DNA of 64,000 nt. It comes from a virus. Where the stretch lies: positions 5,475 through 69,474 of IMG/VR virus record IMGVR_UViG_3300044624_001039; one strand, given 5' to 3'. Position 1 is the first letter of the stretch. Each line of letters starts with the position of its first letter. Shown here in pieces: positions 28,419-37,912 of the stretch. The notes under the pieces are model-generated. The model saw only the letters and a list, made by a program, of their open reading frames with translations. It was not told where the DNA came from and searched no databases. A program made the position numbers and the translations under genes.

Positions 28419-29752
28419 TAAAAACTAAACAGGCTTAATCCTGTTTCCTCTTCTATTGGTTCGTAGCTAGGATCTTTTGTTAAATATGTATCATTGTCAG
28501 TATATATAACACGGAACTTGTGTTTATTTGTTAATACACTACGTACATCATCAATACAAATAATACTACGGTTTAAACTACTGATAAAATCAATATGTTT
28601 AATTGTAGTTTCATTACATATTTTTGCAGTATTTGTGTTGGATTTTTTTGCTTCAAATGTGTTAAAGCATGTATTCCATTTATTAAAAACTGTAGCTTCT
28701 TGTTCTTGTGCGTGTTGCAATGACCCTAAATTATACCATCTTTCAGCTTTTTCAAAAATGTCATATAACTCTTTTGCTTTTTCAGCCATGTTCTTTTTGT
28801 TACAAGTGTAAAAATAATCGCTGTTAAAGTTATTAGTCCAACGCTGATTCTCTAATACAAGTGTAGGCATTTGTATATGTTGTTCATAGAATGCCATACC
28901 ATAACTCTCAACAATACTAGGATTGAATGCAATTCTAGCACTAGTCATAAAGTCAACTTTCTCTTGACCAATGATACCTACTTTAATTTCGTATGGTACG
29001 CCAATCTTCTTTAATCTATCTTCAAACTTCTTAGCACCATTTGCGCTAGTCATTACCTTAGCAGGCAGTTTTGTTTGTTCAATTAGTTCTAAGAATAATT
29101 CAGGATTCTTACCTTCTTCCCATCTACCAACAAACAATATACCTTCACGTTGTTTGTGATGTTCTTCTAATAATGCAGGTTCACTTATAGGAATAGGAAG
29201 ATGCCACACTGTATCACTGATATTAAGTTGATTGAATTTACTTTGTGTTCCTACATACAATTGATCCATTTCTAACTGTCTACGCATCATTTCATTAGTA
29301 GAATATAAGAAAGGATTCTTGGTATCTTTAAAGATTTGACTTTCTAAATGAGTATAAGCAATGATTTGAATTACATCCTCAAGACCCATTGTACTTGCTA
29401 CTTGTACAGTTTCATATGTATTGCATATTAGAGCATCATATAGATTATGTTCTAACGCCTCTACAATTGCAGTACGGAAGTTAGCCATTCGTTCATAGCA
29501 AAATGTATCACCATACATAAAGATATTGCTATGATCGGTATACTTTAATGATTCTAATGGTGCAATAATATTTGCGGGAATAGATTTAACAAACTCATTA
29601 TCATTAGGTTCTTTATCTGTAATGATATCAACTTTAATATTATGTTGATCCATCAACTCGCAAAAGCTTTTTGTAAATTGCCCTATCCCACCATGAGGGA
29701 TAAGAGTTTGATAGCTTACTAAAAAGCCAATTCGTTTATCGTATGTTCTCAT
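28418..29752 (-). CDS. GT-B (GT4-like) glycosyltransferase
   Basis: GGIGQF, LFVGRWEEGKNPE, PSIVESYGMAFYE. Confidence 0.85.
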   Translation of the reverse strand: MRTYDKRIGFLVSYQTLIPHGGIGQFTKSFCELMDQHNIKVDIITDKEPNDNEFVKSIPANIIAPLESLKYTDHSNIFMYGDTFCYERMANFRTAIVEALEHNLYDALICNTYETVQVASTMGLEDVIQIIAYTHLESQIFKDTKNPFLYSTNEMMRRQLEMDQLYVGTQSKFNQLNISDTVWHLPIPISEPALLEEHHKQREGILFVGRWEEGKNPELFLELIEQTKLPAKVMTSANGAKKFEDRLKKIGVPYEIKVGIIGQEKVDFMTSARIAFNPSIVESYGMAFYEQHIQMPTLVLENQRWTNNFNSDYFYTCNKKNMAEKAKELYDIFEKAERWYNLGSLQHAQEQEATVFNKWNTCFNTFEAKKSNTNTAKICNETTIKHIDFISSLNRSIICIDDVRSVLTNKHKFRVIYTDNDTYLTKDPSYEPIEEETGLSLFSF

Positions 29753-29922
29753 TTATCTTTTACAGTAGGTACATCACACCATTCAGTCCATTTTTTCACT
29801 GCTACGTATTTCCCATCATCGGTCTTTGTACTGTAATCAGTTACTTCAATATGTGTTCTATATTGTAACACTTTTTCTGGTCCGTCCCAACCGTTTCGGA
29901 CAAGATATCTTAATTCATACAT
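29749..29922 (-). CDS. Small hypothetical protein (57 aa, not in the ORF track)
   Basis: MYELRYLVRNGWDGPEKVLQYR...WTEWCDVPTVKDK; ATGA overlap. Confidence 0.5.
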   Translation of the reverse strand: MYELRYLVRNGWDGPEKVLQYRTHIEVTDYSTKTDDGKYVAVKKWTEWCDVPTVKDK

Positions 29923-29926
29923 ATAT

Positions 29927-30157
29927 TTACCTTTTTAGTTTCCACATAATATGGGTATTCTTATCGTGCCATCTATACTCAAAAATAGATTCACCGGGCC
30001 CAGTAATGATTCTAGTCATACGATAAGCGTATTCTAACCAAATACGTTTACCTGATATATCACATCTATGTGGTAACCAAGCAAACTTGTATTCGGTGCC
30101 GATCATTCTTTCATAGAAATGATCGTATGCCTGTGTTTGTGGCATTAAGTTCCCCAT
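29927..30157 (-). CDS. Hypothetical protein
   Basis: KFAWLPHRC...RIWL. Confidence 0.5.
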   Translation of the reverse strand: MGNLMPQTQAYDHFYERMIGTEYKFAWLPHRCDISGKRIWLEYAYRMTRIITGPGESIFEYRWHDKNTHIMWKLKR

Positions 30158-30993
30158 TCGTTTTTGAACAACGGGACTTGAAGTCTGTCACTATAACGGT
30201 AACCACGATTCATTGCTTCAATAGCAACATTCTTAGCATTCATGCTGTATACAGATTCTACACCACCGCATGGCATAAAGTATACAGGACCTCTAAATCC
30301 ACCATTACGAAATTCTTGTACAGCTTTATCAGCTTCTAATGCATCATCTTTAGTAGCGATAACAAACTTCAAATAAACAAAGCCAACTGTTTCATATTGA
30401 CGAATAACACTAGGACAAATTGCCTCTTCCCACTTCTCACCACTGATGCTTAATTTAGGACTAACACTAAATGTTAATGCATTCTTTTCTCTGTTAATCT
30501 TCCATTGTTGTAGATAGATTGATAGGTCTTGACTAAGTTCTTGTGTTCCGTTAGTTTCAAACGTAATCTCTTTCAATGCTCTCATTTTTTCATTTGAAAG
30601 TAAGTCAGGATATGCTCTTTGCCAGCCAAGTAAAGGTTCTCCACCTGTAATTACAAGATGTTCATCCATCCAACGATTGTGAGGGAGCATAGCCATGATG
30701 TCATCAACAATATCATCAGTGGGGCGAACAGGACTAAGATGCTTGAACCTAGGATCCCATGAAGCATAACTGTCACAACCTGTACTGACTAAAGGCAATT
30801 TTTTATAATCATCATAATAATGAACCCTTGACGCAATATCTTCTACTTCTTTACTTACTTGACCTTTAGGCATGCCAAAGCCCGCACATTTAAAGTTACA
30901 ACCGAATGTTCGTAAGAACACGGAGGGAACTCCCATATAACGGCCCTCACCCTGAATACTATAGAATAGTTCTGAAATTTTTATGTTACTCAT
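30145..30993 (-). CDS. queE: 7-carboxy-7-deazaguanine synthase (radical SAM)
   Basis: ELFYSIQGEG...FLRTFGCNFKC...CDS, VITGGEP, ETNGT, VSPK, RLQ. Confidence 0.92.
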   Translation of the reverse strand: MSNIKISELFYSIQGEGRYMGVPSVFLRTFGCNFKCAGFGMPKGQVSKEVEDIASRVHYYDDYKKLPLVSTGCDSYASWDPRFKHLSPVRPTDDIVDDIMAMLPHNRWMDEHLVITGGEPLLGWQRAYPDLLSNEKMRALKEITFETNGTQELSQDLSIYLQQWKINREKNALTFSVSPKLSISGEKWEEAICPSVIRQYETVGFVYLKFVIATKDDALEADKAVQEFRNGGFRGPVYFMPCGGVESVYSMNAKNVAIEAMNRGYRYSDRLQVPLFKNEWGT

Positions 30994-30996
30994 ATT

Positions 30997-31188
30997 TTAC
31001 CAATTATGTATTGTGTTTGCTATAATAAAACAACATGTTATCACATGTAAGATCACCCAGAAAGTTTTTAGGAACAATGCAATTCTTGCTTCACCCAATG
31101 TAAGAATAGGTACATCAGGTCTGTCATCATCTGTATTACCCATTAAATGACCGGTTGCTCTAGCCCAAATTTTCTCTAAACTATTCAT
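30997..31188 (-). CDS. Small membrane protein
   Basis: Likely start MNSLEKIW; C-terminal TM helix. Confidence 0.55.
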   Translation of the reverse strand: MNSLEKIWARATGHLMGNTDDDRPDVPILTLGEARIALFLKTFWVILHVITCCFIIANTIHNW

Positions 31189-31816
31189 TTTTTTCCTCAA
31201 TGTTATAGAACCAATCATCACCTGCAGTCCATTTGCGTGTACCATCTACTGTCCATAGATTTTGAGCCGCTTGAAAATCAGGAAATTTAGTTTCACTAGG
31301 AATTAAACTTTGGTCATACCACAAGCAACGATTGTTAGGCTGACAAGCAAATTGTCCATTTTCTAACTTAATAAAATTAAACGATTTGTGTTCTTCAGCA
31401 ACTTCAGTAAAGCCGGTATCTACATCCATGCCGTCAGCACAAAAATCTACTGTAAACAAATAGTTACCATAATGCCATTCTTTATCTTTACCTAAAAACT
31501 TAACACCTAGATTACGCAAGCCTATTTTTTCAATGATAGTAAAACGGTACCCCATACAGTCCCAAAGCTGTAGTATATCTATAGGTAAGTTGCCAGTATG
31601 ATCTTCTTTCCATACATAAGCATGAATAGGCAACTTGTCATAGAGTGCCCCATAATTGGGCAATAATGATTCTATACGAAACACTTGTCCACGCAGTGCT
31701 TTAAGACTGACCCATATAGCAGGTTCTAATTCGCCGTGACCTTTTTCAAAGTTATAGAGAAACTCTCGTTTAACAAAACATTTGATTGGTGGCAACGATC
31801 CTACAATATAACTCAT
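31181..31816 (-). CDS. Conserved phage protein of unknown function
   Basis: LQLWDC, YLFTVD, EHKSFN, GQFACQPNNR. Confidence 0.7.
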   Translation of the reverse strand: MSYIVGSLPPIKCFVKREFLYNFEKGHGELEPAIWVSLKALRGQVFRIESLLPNYGALYDKLPIHAYVWKEDHTGNLPIDILQLWDCMGYRFTIIEKIGLRNLGVKFLGKDKEWHYGNYLFTVDFCADGMDVDTGFTEVAEEHKSFNFIKLENGQFACQPNNRCLWYDQSLIPSETKFPDFQAAQNLWTVDGTRKWTAGDDWFYNIEEKNE

Positions 31817-32437
31817 TTAATATTTTCCTGATGCTAACACGATTTGACAAATGTGTTCTAATCGTTCAATGTGTTCAAATGCACGCCATGGGCTAGTGTC
31901 AATAGCAACTACACCGTGACCTTTAATTCCTACAATGTCATAAGCAATATTACCATAATCATCTAACTTGAGATTTTCGTGACAACGATCTGCTAGTTCT
32001 TGACTGATAGGTGCCACGTCTCCTACATTAGGTGCTACCTTAGTGTAACGATTGAGTTCTGGGAACGCATCGCTAATGGTACTTAAATCAATACCGGCAT
32101 GCATGGCAGCAATGCAATAAGTAGGATGTAAGTGAACTACTACACGTACATCATTACTATGCTGACCCATTGCTCGTTGTAATCCAAAGTGCAGAGGAAT
32201 CTCTCCACTGGGTTTTAGTTTAGCACTGATATCTGAATAGTGTTCTTCTTGCCATAATAGACCACGGATACTGATCTTTTTAAATTGATCAGGCTGTAGT
32301 GTCTGCTTACGGACGCCACTAGGAGTGATATAAAAGTGATCACGGTCGTGATGACGAATACTTACATTGCCATCACGACTAGTAATCCAATTGCGTCTAT
32401 ATGCTTCAACTAATGTATCGCAAATAGTTTCTAACAT
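31817..32437 (-). CDS. Class II aldolase/adducin family protein
   Basis: SRDGNVS, TPSG, SGEIPLH, HLHP, GHGVVA. Confidence 0.9.
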   Translation of the reverse strand: MLETICDTLVEAYRRNWITSRDGNVSIRHHDRDHFYITPSGVRKQTLQPDQFKKISIRGLLWQEEHYSDISAKLKPSGEIPLHFGLQRAMGQHSNDVRVVVHLHPTYCIAAMHAGIDLSTISDAFPELNRYTKVAPNVGDVAPISQELADRCHENLKLDDYGNIAYDIVGIKGHGVVAIDTSPWRAFEHIERLEHICQIVLASGKY

Positions 32438-32919
32438 TATTCAAACTCTCTATCTTCTCTGTGACCACCGCGGCCTGCCATATTACTATCAGTCTCACGA
32501 ACCTCTACTCTACAGCACCAAACACGCTTTGCTTCTTCACTACCACAGTTGGGTAAAAAGATTGTATTCACATATTCATACAAGAAGTCAGCAATACCTT
32601 CACATCCAGTGCGTTCTACTTCTGTAATCTTTGCTAGTTTCAAACGACCTAGTTCTAATAGATGTTCACGCATTGGGTCATCTTGTGCGACTAATAGTGT
32701 ATGGTCAAACCATTCTTCTAGTTTATCTTTGAGTGGTCGTAGTCCACCGAAGTCAGTTACCCAGTTACGTGCGTCTAGTGTATCAGCTTCAAACTCAAAG
32801 TGAAAACTCATGGCATAGCCATGAATTAAATTACAATGACTGTCTGCACGCCATTGACGATATGCGACAGGACCTATTTGTCTGTATGTTTTTGTTGAAA
32901 AGAATTTTTTGTTTGCCAT
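32437..32919 (-). CDS. queD: 6-carboxy-5,6,7,8-tetrahydropterin synthase
   Basis: CNLIHGY, DFGGL, FDHTLL, GCEGIA, VEVRET. Confidence 0.85.
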   Translation of the reverse strand: MANKKFFSTKTYRQIGPVAYRQWRADSHCNLIHGYAMSFHFEFEADTLDARNWVTDFGGLRPLKDKLEEWFDHTLLVAQDDPMREHLLELGRLKLAKITEVERTGCEGIADFLYEYVNTIFLPNCGSEEAKRVWCCRVEVRETDSNMAGRGGHREDREFE

Positions 32920-32925
32920 TTGTTT

Positions 32926-32991
32926 CTCCTATGTTATATTATAGCATAGGACGCAGAATTTGTATACCGGGATGAGCCCAAAGAGACCGGT
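32926..32991 (-). promoter_or_regulatory. Structured queD leader (SD-sequestering hairpin, upstream hairpin, embedded extended -10 promoter)
   Basis: ACCGG...CCGGT hairpin; TCCTATG/CATAGGA stem covering AGGA; TATACA-17 nt-TATAAT with the TG extension. Confidence 0.5.
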
Positions 32992-32999
32992 TATATTAT

Positions 33000-33206
33000 T
33001 TACCGTTTTATTCCCCAAGATACTTTATTCCAAATTCGTTCGTGTACAAAGTATAATATGGTATTGGCAATAATTTGAATCGTTGCAATTGAACTTGCAA
33101 TGACGAAATTACCTGAAATCAAATAGGATATCATAAACGTGCTAAAACTACCAGTTATTCTCCAACTGATAGTCTTTACTAAACTACGTTTATTGGTATC
33201 ACTCAA
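33000..33206 (-). CDS. DUF2061-like small membrane protein
   Basis: RSLVKTISWRITG...YFVHERIWNKVSWG. Confidence 0.75.
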   Translation of the reverse strand: MSDTNKRSLVKTISWRITGSFSTFMISYLISGNFVIASSIATIQIIANTILYFVHERIWNKVSWGIKR

Positions 33207-33993
33207 GACCTAGTTCCTTACGGATCTTTGTAGCACTAATAGAATGAGTAGCATCATCAAACGTTTCTTGTTCAATCTTATACCCAACATCACGACCATA
33301 TGTAATATTTACAATATTTGGAACAATTTGAATCTCGTACTGACCTTGATATAACATATCTAAATCACGTTTGATAAAACTTTTTACTTGTTCAATAGCA
33401 AATGGATTACTTCCTTGCCATCCTTGACAGTCTCTAATTTGAATAACTACTTGTCCTGTCTTAGCAATAGCACGTTCAAACAATTTACGATGACCTGCAT
33501 GCCATGGTTGCCAACGACCTAACATTTGTACTGTTTCTTTTTGCCAATCAAATACTGGTCTACGACGGTTGTCATATAAATGAGCAAAAATGAATTCACT
33601 CCATTTTTCTGCATTTTGTTCGGTAATACGGAAATCATATTGTTCAGGAGGAATAAATGCTTTATTAGTATCTTCATAGCGACCTTTGTCAATAGTATCA
33701 ACCCAAACAGTCCAATCTGCTTTGAAGTTATTACGCATTTCAACTAACGGAGCAACAAAATCACAGATGACATAATCCATGTCTGTCATACTATCTGCTA
33801 ATTCACGCATACGATGGCTTTGACGAATACGACCTTCTGTACTAAAGTCCCAGTCGTTATATTTCTTACGAACATCGTCAGCGTTGAGCCATCCTACTTT
33901 TTTCTTTTCAGATTGTAAATGGTCATTAATGTGTTGTGCCAGATATGTTTTGCCGGCTCCTGGTAAGCCCATGATTAAAATTCTTTGAGTCAT
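33199..33993 (-). CDS. APS-kinase-like domain fused to a HIGH nucleotidyltransferase domain
   Basis: GLPGAGKT, LNADDVR, DFSTEGR, then GRWQPWHAGH and ISATKIR. Confidence 0.75.
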   Translation of the reverse strand: MTQRILIMGLPGAGKTYLAQHINDHLQSEKKKVGWLNADDVRKKYNDWDFSTEGRIRQSHRMRELADSMTDMDYVICDFVAPLVEMRNNFKADWTVWVDTIDKGRYEDTNKAFIPPEQYDFRITEQNAEKWSEFIFAHLYDNRRRPVFDWQKETVQMLGRWQPWHAGHRKLFERAIAKTGQVVIQIRDCQGWQGSNPFAIEQVKSFIKRDLDMLYQGQYEIQIVPNIVNITYGRDVGYKIEQETFDDATHSISATKIRKELGLE

Positions 33994-33994
33994 A

Positions 33995-34468
33995 TTATTT
34001 ATTAAGTGTATTTATAATTTGGGCATCCGCTACCCGTTTTCTTAAACTTGAACTACTGAAACTATGGTCACGACCATTGAAAACTATTTCAATGTTTCTA
34101 TAAAAACATTCTTCTTTACCCGAGAAGTCTTTATCCTGATATTCAACACCCAAAATGCGTACATCTACGGGAAGAATTAGCAACAAGTCTCTTAGGTCAT
34201 TTTCAGTTTGATATACAACAACTTCATCAACATAGCGGCAAGCACTAAGTTGAATTTGTCGTTCTACAATACTTTGAATAGGTTTATTCTTAGTATCTGG
34301 TCTATCAATAGTTGGATCAGTTTGTAAACCACAAATCAAATAATCACAATGATTCTTTGCTTCGCTTAACATAGCGATATGACCTGCATGAAGCATGTCA
34401 AATGTGCTAAAGGTAATACCAATTTTCTTACCTTCTTGTTTGAGTTTTTTAATATGATTAAAAATCAT
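33995..34468 (-). CDS. Glycerol-3-phosphate cytidylyltransferase-like (TagD family)
   Basis: STFDMLHAGH, GLQTD, ERQIQL, SSSSLRKR. Confidence 0.85.
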   Translation of the reverse strand: MIFNHIKKLKQEGKKIGITFSTFDMLHAGHIAMLSEAKNHCDYLICGLQTDPTIDRPDTKNKPIQSIVERQIQLSACRYVDEVVVYQTENDLRDLLLILPVDVRILGVEYQDKDFSGKEECFYRNIEIVFNGRDHSFSSSSLRKRVADAQIINTLNK

Positions 34469-34716
34469 TTGGACAATGTTCTCCACATCTTAGTTTGGTC
34501 GTGTTCTTTTAAGAATTCTTCCTCACCTGCAAATGTAGGACTATCAGCTATAATCTCATCAAGTAGCCACTTGATACGATGTAAATCTTTTTTAATTTCA
34601 AACTGATTGAATCCATCATTATACTTGCTATGTAATTCTACACCTGCAATATAGATTTGATGATGAACACTATTGTAATCCATTGGTTTACGAAATCCCA
34701 TTATACGGTCTCCCAT
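34465..34716 (-). CDS. Hypothetical protein
   Basis: Operon context. Confidence 0.55.
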   Translation of the reverse strand: MGDRIMGFRKPMDYNSVHHQIYIAGVELHSKYNDGFNQFEIKKDLHRIKWLLDEIIADSPTFAGEEEFLKEHDQTKMWRTLSK

Positions 34717-34880
34717 AATTCAAGAGCTTTTGCAGGATATATTTGCACAGAGCCCTTCTCAGTAGAACTTTCAACTGCATAACCTTCGGGAGTTAACTCT
34801 GTTGAGTATGTACCTACTACTTTACCGTGCCATTGTGAACCTGACACTTTCTTAACCATATCACCTAATTTAAATTTCAT
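34701..34880 (-). CDS. dfrB: Type II (R67/DfrB-family) dihydrofolate reductase homolog
   Basis: [47 protein letters not shown] matches the R67 core, including the catalytic VQIY motif. Confidence 0.85.
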   Translation of the reverse strand: MKFKLGDMVKKVSGSQWHGKVVGTYSTELTPEGYAVESSTEKGSVQIYPAKALELWETV

Positions 34881-35557
34881 TTGCAACCTTTATTAGCAAT
34901 TTGTAAAAACTCACTTCGTGCCGCTGGGTCAGTTTTGAATCCGCCACCTAAACGACAAGTAACTGTACTACTACCTGTATCTTCTACACCACGACTTTTA
35001 ACGCAATAATGCTGTGCATCAATCATAACTGCAACATCTTCTGTATCAAGGATGAACTGTAAGGTGTGAAATATTTGTTCAGTTAATCTTTCCTGAATTT
35101 GCGGACGTTTACTGAAATATTCTACGATACGGTTGATCTTACTAAGACCTAATACTTTTTGTTTAGGGACATAAGCTACAGTAGCCAATCCGTCAATGAC
35201 TACAAAATGATGTTCGCAGTTAGATTGAACATTAACATTACGCTCTACAACCATTTCGTTGTATTGCATCTTGTTGTCAACTGTTGTACATTTAGGGAAT
35301 GCTTCATAGTCAAGCCCCCAAAAGATTTCATTTACATACATCTTAGCAACACGCTTGGGTGTTTCAATTAAACTATCATCTGTTAAATCTAAACCAAGAT
35401 ATTGCATAATAGCAGTGAAGTGTTCTTCAATTCTATCAATTTTATCTTTTCTATCTAGCTTATTAGGCAATGTAGGTGTTTCAACACCCATTTTAACTAA
35501 GTGTTCATGTACTTGTTGGCCCAACTCTGGATCTGTTTTTGTTTTATTATAACTCAT
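34877..35557 (-). CDS. folE: GTP cyclohydrolase I
   Basis: [38 protein letters not shown]; likely start MSYNK. Confidence 0.96.
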   Translation of the reverse strand: MSYNKTKTDPELGQQVHEHLVKMGVETPTLPNKLDRKDKIDRIEEHFTAIMQYLGLDLTDDSLIETPKRVAKMYVNEIFWGLDYEAFPKCTTVDNKMQYNEMVVERNVNVQSNCEHHFVVIDGLATVAYVPKQKVLGLSKINRIVEYFSKRPQIQERLTEQIFHTLQFILDTEDVAVMIDAQHYCVKSRGVEDTGSSTVTCRLGGGFKTDPAARSEFLQIANKGCK

Positions 35558-35623
35558 AGATAACCTTCCTTTGTGATGGTTTTGTTTTGATATTGTGTTA
35601 CCTTTATGTAACACAAGTATTTA

Positions 35624-35854
35624 TCACTTTGATTTAGCAACTGATTTTTTTGATTTAGCCCTAACTGCAGGCTTCATGTTAGCAAGTTCTGCACTACGAC
35701 AAGCTTCACGAACCTCGTTAACTAATGCATCCCAATCCCAAATCAATTCAGTATGCCCATCTTCAAATGTTTTCACAGTAAGATGAGTACCCTGATTGAT
35801 TATAGGCCACTCCCCAGAAGGAACGTTTTCAGATTTCTTCTTGCGGGTTGCCAT
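35624..35854 (-). CDS. Hypothetical protein
   Basis: Basic termini; operon context. Confidence 0.55.
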   Translation of the reverse strand: MATRKKKSENVPSGEWPIINQGTHLTVKTFEDGHTELIWDWDALVNEVREACRSAELANMKPAVRAKSKKSVAKSK

Positions 35855-35856
35855 GA

Positions 35857-36051
35857 TTAAGCCTTAGCTTTTGCTTCTGCACGTGCGGCTTTTTCTGCTG
35901 TAATTTCATTACGGCGAGCCTTAACTGCTTTCGCTAGTTCTGCTAATGCTTTACGGGCACGTGTACCTGCGGATGCATTACCTTTGTTAAACTTATCATT
36001 CTCGGCATTATATGCTGCCAAACTAGTTTCAATATCATTTTGTGCGCTCAT
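35857..36051 (-). CDS. Histone H1-like Hc1-type small basic protein
   Basis: KFNKGNASAGTRARKALAELAK...R.EI matches the Hc1 family pattern. Confidence 0.7.
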   Translation of the reverse strand: MSAQNDIETSLAAYNAENDKFNKGNASAGTRARKALAELAKAVKARRNEITAEKAARAEAKAKA

Positions 36052-36066
36052 TTTATTTCCTTTATG

Positions 36067-37245
36067 TTATGAGTATTTTGTTTCTCTTGTGTATTTACGA
36101 TAGTCACTACTCATGCGTAAATATTGTTCTCCGTTGCCTTCCATGATATCACAGATACGGTCAATAGTTCCATCATTATAATCACTAATACGACCTTGAA
36201 AGTTATGTGGTGCTACCAACAAGTTCTGTAACTTAGACATAGCATCATCAATACTCCAGGGGATATATAATCGGGTATTATCATTAGCAAAAGTTTCTGG
36301 AAAACTACGATATGCTGGATATAGTACGTTACAACCCAATGTATCTGCTTCACTAACTGTATTGCTTACCCAGTCTTGCAAAGCACAATTAAACAATACT
36401 CTAGTATCGTTTAGTAGTTCATAATAATCGTTCTTTTCCAAGTCTTCATAGATAACAAGCTTACCCTCGCTTTGTAGTTTACGAGTGCGTTCCATATAAC
36501 TTTCGTTATTGCTTTTTAGTTTACTACCACTGAATACACAGAATTCAATGTTATTATTTGATCTAGCGTGGAATGCTTCAATCAAATCCATATAGAAGTC
36601 TGGTTGCTTTTCTTGATCCCATCTTGCGCTAAATGCTACACGCATTTTACGTTGATTGAAAGGTTTGAGAGGTCCACTGATACGACTACGAACTTCATGT
36701 TTACCAAATGCAAGACCACTAATGTTATATAATGGTGCCTTCCATCCTGCAATTTTCATATGCATAATCATTTCTTCATTGGTAGCTAATACGCCATCAA
36801 CAAAACTATCAACCATTTTTTCATAGTGACCCATGAATTCACTCATTCCCCATACATGTACGAAATCATCCGGATCAATTGACTGAGCAAGACAACGGAC
36901 AAATATACGAGGACGGAGATTAGCAGGAACTTGCTTAAGAATGTAAGGCAAACTCTCAATGCCTGGTTGAAACATATCTTCAAAATAGATAATATCTTCA
37001 TCACTACACTCGCCTTGCTTCATCATTTTAACTAGATTCATAAGTTGACTCATACCGAAGTATGTACGACCATGTGCATCTAGTACTTGTCCTGTCACAA
37101 TAGCTTGGTCATTACTGAGAGTTTCACCCGGTACAATAACATAGTTAATGCCTCTACGTTTGAACACAGATTCATTCCACTCTTGCAGTTGTAGAGTGTA
37201 TCGTGCTTTATAGGGTTCAAGACCCATGTAAAACAGTTTTCTCAT
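36067..37245 (-). CDS. GT-B glycosyltransferase
   Basis: FSARWDQEKQPDF, NCALQDWVSNTVSEADTLG, YRSFPE; likely start MRKLFY. Confidence 0.75.
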   Translation of the reverse strand: MRKLFYMGLEPYKARYTLQLQEWNESVFKRRGINYVIVPGETLSNDQAIVTGQVLDAHGRTYFGMSQLMNLVKMMKQGECSDEDIIYFEDMFQPGIESLPYILKQVPANLRPRIFVRCLAQSIDPDDFVHVWGMSEFMGHYEKMVDSFVDGVLATNEEMIMHMKIAGWKAPLYNISGLAFGKHEVRSRISGPLKPFNQRKMRVAFSARWDQEKQPDFYMDLIEAFHARSNNNIEFCVFSGSKLKSNNESYMERTRKLQSEGKLVIYEDLEKNDYYELLNDTRVLFNCALQDWVSNTVSEADTLGCNVLYPAYRSFPETFANDNTRLYIPWSIDDAMSKLQNLLVAPHNFQGRISDYNDGTIDRICDIMEGNGEQYLRMSSDYRKYTRETKYS

Positions 37246-37445
37246 GGACGTGCATCTTCCTGCCACTGATCTTTAGCCCACTTGCCAGTTACTGCTTTAG
37301 TAAATTGGCGATATGCAAAGCTACGCATATCATATAGTGTTGATTCATCAAACTTGTATCCATAATCCTGACAGAACATTAGATAGTTTTCTAGGTCCTC
37401 AAAGATTTGTTGAACACGTGGGTTAGATTGTTGTTGTTTTGCCAT
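37242..37445 (-). CDS. Hypothetical protein
   Basis: IFEDLENYLMFCQDYGYKFDE; AAGGA RBS. Confidence 0.6.
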   Translation of the reverse strand: MAKQQQSNPRVQQIFEDLENYLMFCQDYGYKFDESTLYDMRSFAYRQFTKAVTGKWAKDQWQEDARP

Positions 37446-37456
37446 TTTATATTCCT

Positions 37457-37912
37457 TTAAATAGCGAGTTGTTGATAAGGTTTATTTGTGTTATAGACAA
37501 TCGTAGCACCATTCTCATTATCTTCTGATACTTGAATAGCGATATTACGATCTGGATACCGAGTTGCGATAATCTCATAAAGATCATCACTAATCATTTC
37601 ACAACTTTTGTAATTCAATTCTAGAATGCCTTGAGAATATTGATTCTCTAACCATCTTTTAAACTGAATAAACTCAATATCACGGTCGTTGTGAAATACT
37701 TCAATAGACACTTCAAAATGAAAGATGTGTCTATGTGGAGTAGCTAAAAAGCTAACATCATACTCATCACCTGTTGCAAGTGCTGGGTCTGTTGCTGCCG
37801 CTGGGTATTTATGAATACCTTCTTTTTGAAAACGTACAAAGATTGTACGTAATGCATTATTTTTAATACGAGAACGTTTCTCTGCCATTGCTTGTTCATG
37901 TTGTTCTATCAT
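37457..37912 (-). CDS. dpdL: QueD-like T-fold protein, probable CDG decarboxylase DpdL
   Basis: LATPHRHIF fits the LxxxHRHxF DpdL signature as I recall it; DRDIEF, SCEMI and VSEDNENG are also present. It is a second T-fold gene besides queD. Confidence 0.7.
   Translation of the reverse strand: MIEQHEQAMAEKRSRIKNNALRTIFVRFQKEGIHKYPAAATDPALATGDEYDVSFLATPHRHIFHFEVSIEVFHNDRDIEFIQFKRWLENQYSQGILELNYKSCEMISDDLYEIIATRYPDRNIAIQVSEDNENGATIVYNTNKPYQQLAI

Noticed and set aside
32921-32995. Canonical preQ1 riboswitch upstream of queD
   Set aside because: It lacks the preQ1-I stem-loop signature and A-rich tail; kept only as an unassigned structured leader.
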